From Candidatus Aenigmatarchaeota archaeon (GTDB lineage: Archaea > Aenigmatarchaeota > Aenigmatarchaeia > GW2011-AR5), in NCBI GenBank assembly GCA_042584825.1, contig JBHOSK010000001.1:1777-65776 (forward strand): 64,000 nucleotides of DNA. Direction: 5' to 3'. The translations under genes were made by a program, and so were the position numbers. Below the pieces are notes generated by a model, which saw only the letters and a list, made by a program, of their open reading frames with translations, had not been told where the DNA came from and did no database searches. Shown here piece by piece: positions 61,625-64,000 of this stretch (positions are counted from its first letter, which is position 1; each line of letters starts with the position of its first letter).

Positions 61625-62152
61625 ATGAAAGACAAAAACTTTTTAGATCTTAAAGTAAGAAGGGACATATACAACTGTATAGTTAAGTCCCCAGGACTCC
61701 ATTTTAGAGAGATACAAAGGCGCATTAAACTGGCTACTGGTTCTTTAGACTATCATATCCACTTTCTCTACAAGAATAACATGATAAGAAAAGAAAAAGA
61801 CGGTAAATATACCAGATATTATCCTTTAACAAGAAACTGGAATGAAGAGGAAAGAGCTATTTTATCATTACTTCGTCAAAAACAAGTTCGTCATATTATA
61901 ATATATCTGATTGAAAAGAAACGCGCGACAGCCACAGACATTTCTACATCATTAGAAATGACACCATCTACACTTTCATGGTACCTAAAGCAACTAGTAG
62001 GGAAAAATGTCATAACACAACAGAAGAAAGGGCGTTTTCGTATCTATTCCGTAAATGACCCAGAGAAAATGACCCAACACATCATAACCCATAAGTCTAG
62101 TTTCTTAGATACAATCGTAGATAATTTCATTGATGCCTGGGAAGCAAAATAA
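61625..62152 (+). CDS. Tandem winged-HTH transcription regulator (ArsR/MarR-like)
   Basis: PGLHFREIQR...GSLDYH and STLSWYLKQL. Confidence 0.88.
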   Translation: MKDKNFLDLKVRRDIYNCIVKSPGLHFREIQRRIKLATGSLDYHIHFLYKNNMIRKEKDGKYTRYYPLTRNWNEEERAILSLLRQKQVRHIIIYLIEKKRATATDISTSLEMTPSTLSWYLKQLVGKNVITQQKKGRFRIYSVNDPEKMTQHIITHKSSFLDTIVDNFIDAWEAK

Positions 62153-62203
62153 TTTGTAACTCCAAAGTAATAATTTTAAATACTTTTTTATCTCTTTGAA
62201 AGC

Positions 62204-62749
62204 ATGAAAATTGCACTTATATTAATTATATCATTTTTGATACTTTCTTTAGCTATACCTACAGTTAGTGCAAGCGCATTTTCAGGTCATGCAACAATAA
62301 ACCTACCCAAGATCACTTTTTCAGGTTCATTCCCTAAATCAACGATAAGAGCAAACGCTAACATAAACTTCAAGCCAATTACAACAAATTTCCCAAAAAG
62401 TACTGGTTCAATTGGAAAATTTAATGTTAATGTAAAACCAATAAACTTCCAACCAGCCTACAAATCAAGTGATGCGAAATTTGGTGGAAACATAAAGTTT
62501 AGTTCAGCTAAACCAGCTTTCAAAAACACCAACCTAGGAAATATTGCAGGTAATGTAAAATGGACTATGCCTAAATATCAGCCAGTTAGATGGAATTCTA
62601 ACGTAAATTTCAACACGAAAATATTCGGCCGTTCAAGAATAACCCCAACGAAAGTCAATATTCCAAGCCAAAAATCTTTCAAATCAGTTTCAACGGGGAA
62701 ATTAAAAGTAACAGTGAGACAGCAAACAACAACCTTTGTTGATCCTTAA
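62204..62749 (+). CDS. Secreted basic low-complexity protein
   Basis: Signal peptide VSA; K/N/F/T/S-rich, almost no acidic residues. Confidence 0.65.
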   Translation: MKIALILIISFLILSLAIPTVSASAFSGHATINLPKITFSGSFPKSTIRANANINFKPITTNFPKSTGSIGKFNVNVKPINFQPAYKSSDAKFGGNIKFSSAKPAFKNTNLGNIAGNVKWTMPKYQPVRWNSNVNFNTKIFGRSRITPTKVNIPSQKSFKSVSTGKLKVTVRQQTTTFVDP

Positions 62750-62804
62750 TATATAAGTTTTCGGCAACCGAAAACTTTAATAACACATATTCTATATTAA
62801 ATGC

Positions 62805-63133
62805 GTGACCTGTCAAGCAACTTCGTTCCTTAATTGGGATGAGGAAGTTCTGTCCACCTAGTCAAAATAGTGTATCAAACATACACTGTCTTGAAGAATG
62901 TAGTACTGGATGGTATACAGCCGAGAGGTTGTCTCTGGGAACAGAAACGATACCAGCCATGAGCGGAACAGTGAAGCTCATCTTGATTCTGCCTTGTGCA
63001 GAATCGTCTGGATGAAACGGCCCAGAATGCATAGGTGCAAGCATGAGCGCTAAGACAAATGTTGCACACCCGCGTTGATGAAAAGCCCAAAGGGCTTGGA
63101 ACGGGTAACAAAAGACAGACTACGACAGGTCAC
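62805..63133 (+). ncRNA. rnpB: RNase P RNA
   Basis: P1 GTGACCTGTC/GACAGGTCAC; GAGGAAGTTCTGTC and AACAAAAGACAGACTA form P4; ACAGAAAC and TGAAAC conserved regions. Confidence 0.93.
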
Positions 63134-63158
63134 TTTTTTAATTAATTAAGTGATTATT

Positions 63159-63359
63159 ATGTTTTTCAATAAAAAGTGTGATGTTTGTAAAAAAAATCTA
63201 AAAAAGAACTTTATAGAAATTACACTTCCAGTTTATGGATATACAACACCACAAAAAAGATTTTTTTGTAGCGAATCGCACGCAGAACATTTCAAAGAAA
63301 TAATGACCAATACACTGAAGAATCATAAACCAGGGGTAAGAACCTGCTATCGTTGCTAA
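63159..63359 (+). CDS. Small zinc-binding protein (TRASH/YHS-like)
   Basis: CDVC...FFCSESH, C-terminal CxxC. Confidence 0.7.
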   Translation: MFFNKKCDVCKKNLKKNFIEITLPVYGYTTPQKRFFCSESHAEHFKEIMTNTLKNHKPGVRTCYRC

Positions 63360-63413
63360 ATAACCTATTTAAACATTATTACTACTTGATTATAGAAGTG
63401 AAGAGTGATTTCA

Positions 63414-63569
63414 ATGGCAAAAGAAGACAAAAATTATATGCCCCAATCCACAGCAGGATTGATTAGATATTTTGATGTAGATGAAGGAATAAAAATAAAG
63501 CCAGAGCACGTCATATTTATGACAATAGGGTTTGCAGCAATAGTACTTGTTCTGAAATTCCTGGCTTAA
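63414..63569 (+). CDS. secG: Preprotein translocase Sec61-beta subunit (absent from the ORF track)
   Basis: MAKEDKNYMPQSTAGLIRYFD...IKIKPEHV plus one TM helix. Confidence 0.92.
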   Translation: MAKEDKNYMPQSTAGLIRYFDVDEGIKIKPEHVIFMTIGFAAIVLVLKFLA

Positions 63570-63585
63570 CTTAATTGTGATTATT

Positions 63586-64000
63586 GTGAATGCAACAACA
63601 ATAATATTCGATTTAGACGGAACATTGGTGCATACTAAAAAAGAATTTATTATTGATGTTGTCAGAAAGACAGTCGGATATTTCGACATAGAAGATGTAC
63701 CTGAAAAAGACATATACAAATTTTGGTTTGGTCAAAGCCGTAAATTAATAGAAAACTGGGATATAAATCCAGTAAAATTTTGGGAAATATTCCATAAACA
63801 AAACGACATAAAATTAAGGAAAAAATATACAATACCATTTGAGGATTGCTGGGTATTGGAAAAGTTAAACGAAAAAAAAGTTAAGATAGCTATTCTAACA
63901 GGGTCAACTAAAAAATTAGCAGACATGGAAATTGAATTGATAAGGGAAAAGTTCAATATAAGCTTTGATGAAGTAGTTTCATCACACGATATTGGGAAAT
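63586..64000 (+). CDS. HAD-superfamily hydrolase, 3'-truncated by window edge
   Basis: IIFDLDGTL motif I, AILTGS motif II. Confidence 0.88.
   Translation, partial: MNATTIIFDLDGTLVHTKKEFIIDVVRKTVGYFDIEDVPEKDIYKFWFGQSRKLIENWDINPVKFWEIFHKQNDIKLRKKYTIPFEDCWVLEKLNEKKVKIAILTGSTKKLADMEIELIREKFNISFDEVVSSHDIGK

Noticed and set aside
62860..62897. Extra RNase P hairpin as a BHB intron
   Set aside because: No bulge-helix-bulge geometry at its base; treated as a structural element.

Overview
AT-rich archaeal chromosome segment, most consistent with a DPANN lineage (possibly Aenigmarchaeota-like; this is an inference from gene content and a divergent 16S). Coding content: thermosome, a type IV pilus/T2SS-like cluster, topoisomerase VI, translation and ribosome-biogenesis factors, a four-gene POR-like operon with intact ORFs but lost catalytic motifs, GH15, a Tes-like radical SAM enzyme, Isc/Suf cysteine desulfurases, lipoate ligase with pdhABC, archease/RtcB and a frameshifted galT. 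RNA content: separate 16S and 23S genes with tRNA-Ala and seven protein genes between them, three BHB-flanked ORF-less rRNA introns, five tRNAs (one with a D-loop intron), an atypical RNase P RNA and an unannotated box C/D sRNA. The most notable observations are (1) an apparent three-guide box C/D sRNA whose middle guide points exactly at 23S G2251, (2) a heavily remodelled peptidyl-transferase centre, (3) a 16S intron that may embed a C/D-like guide against its own host rRNA, and (4) the pseudoenzyme POR operon. All calls come from reading motifs and base pairs by eye; no database searches were run. E. coli rRNA numbers were assigned by manual alignment.
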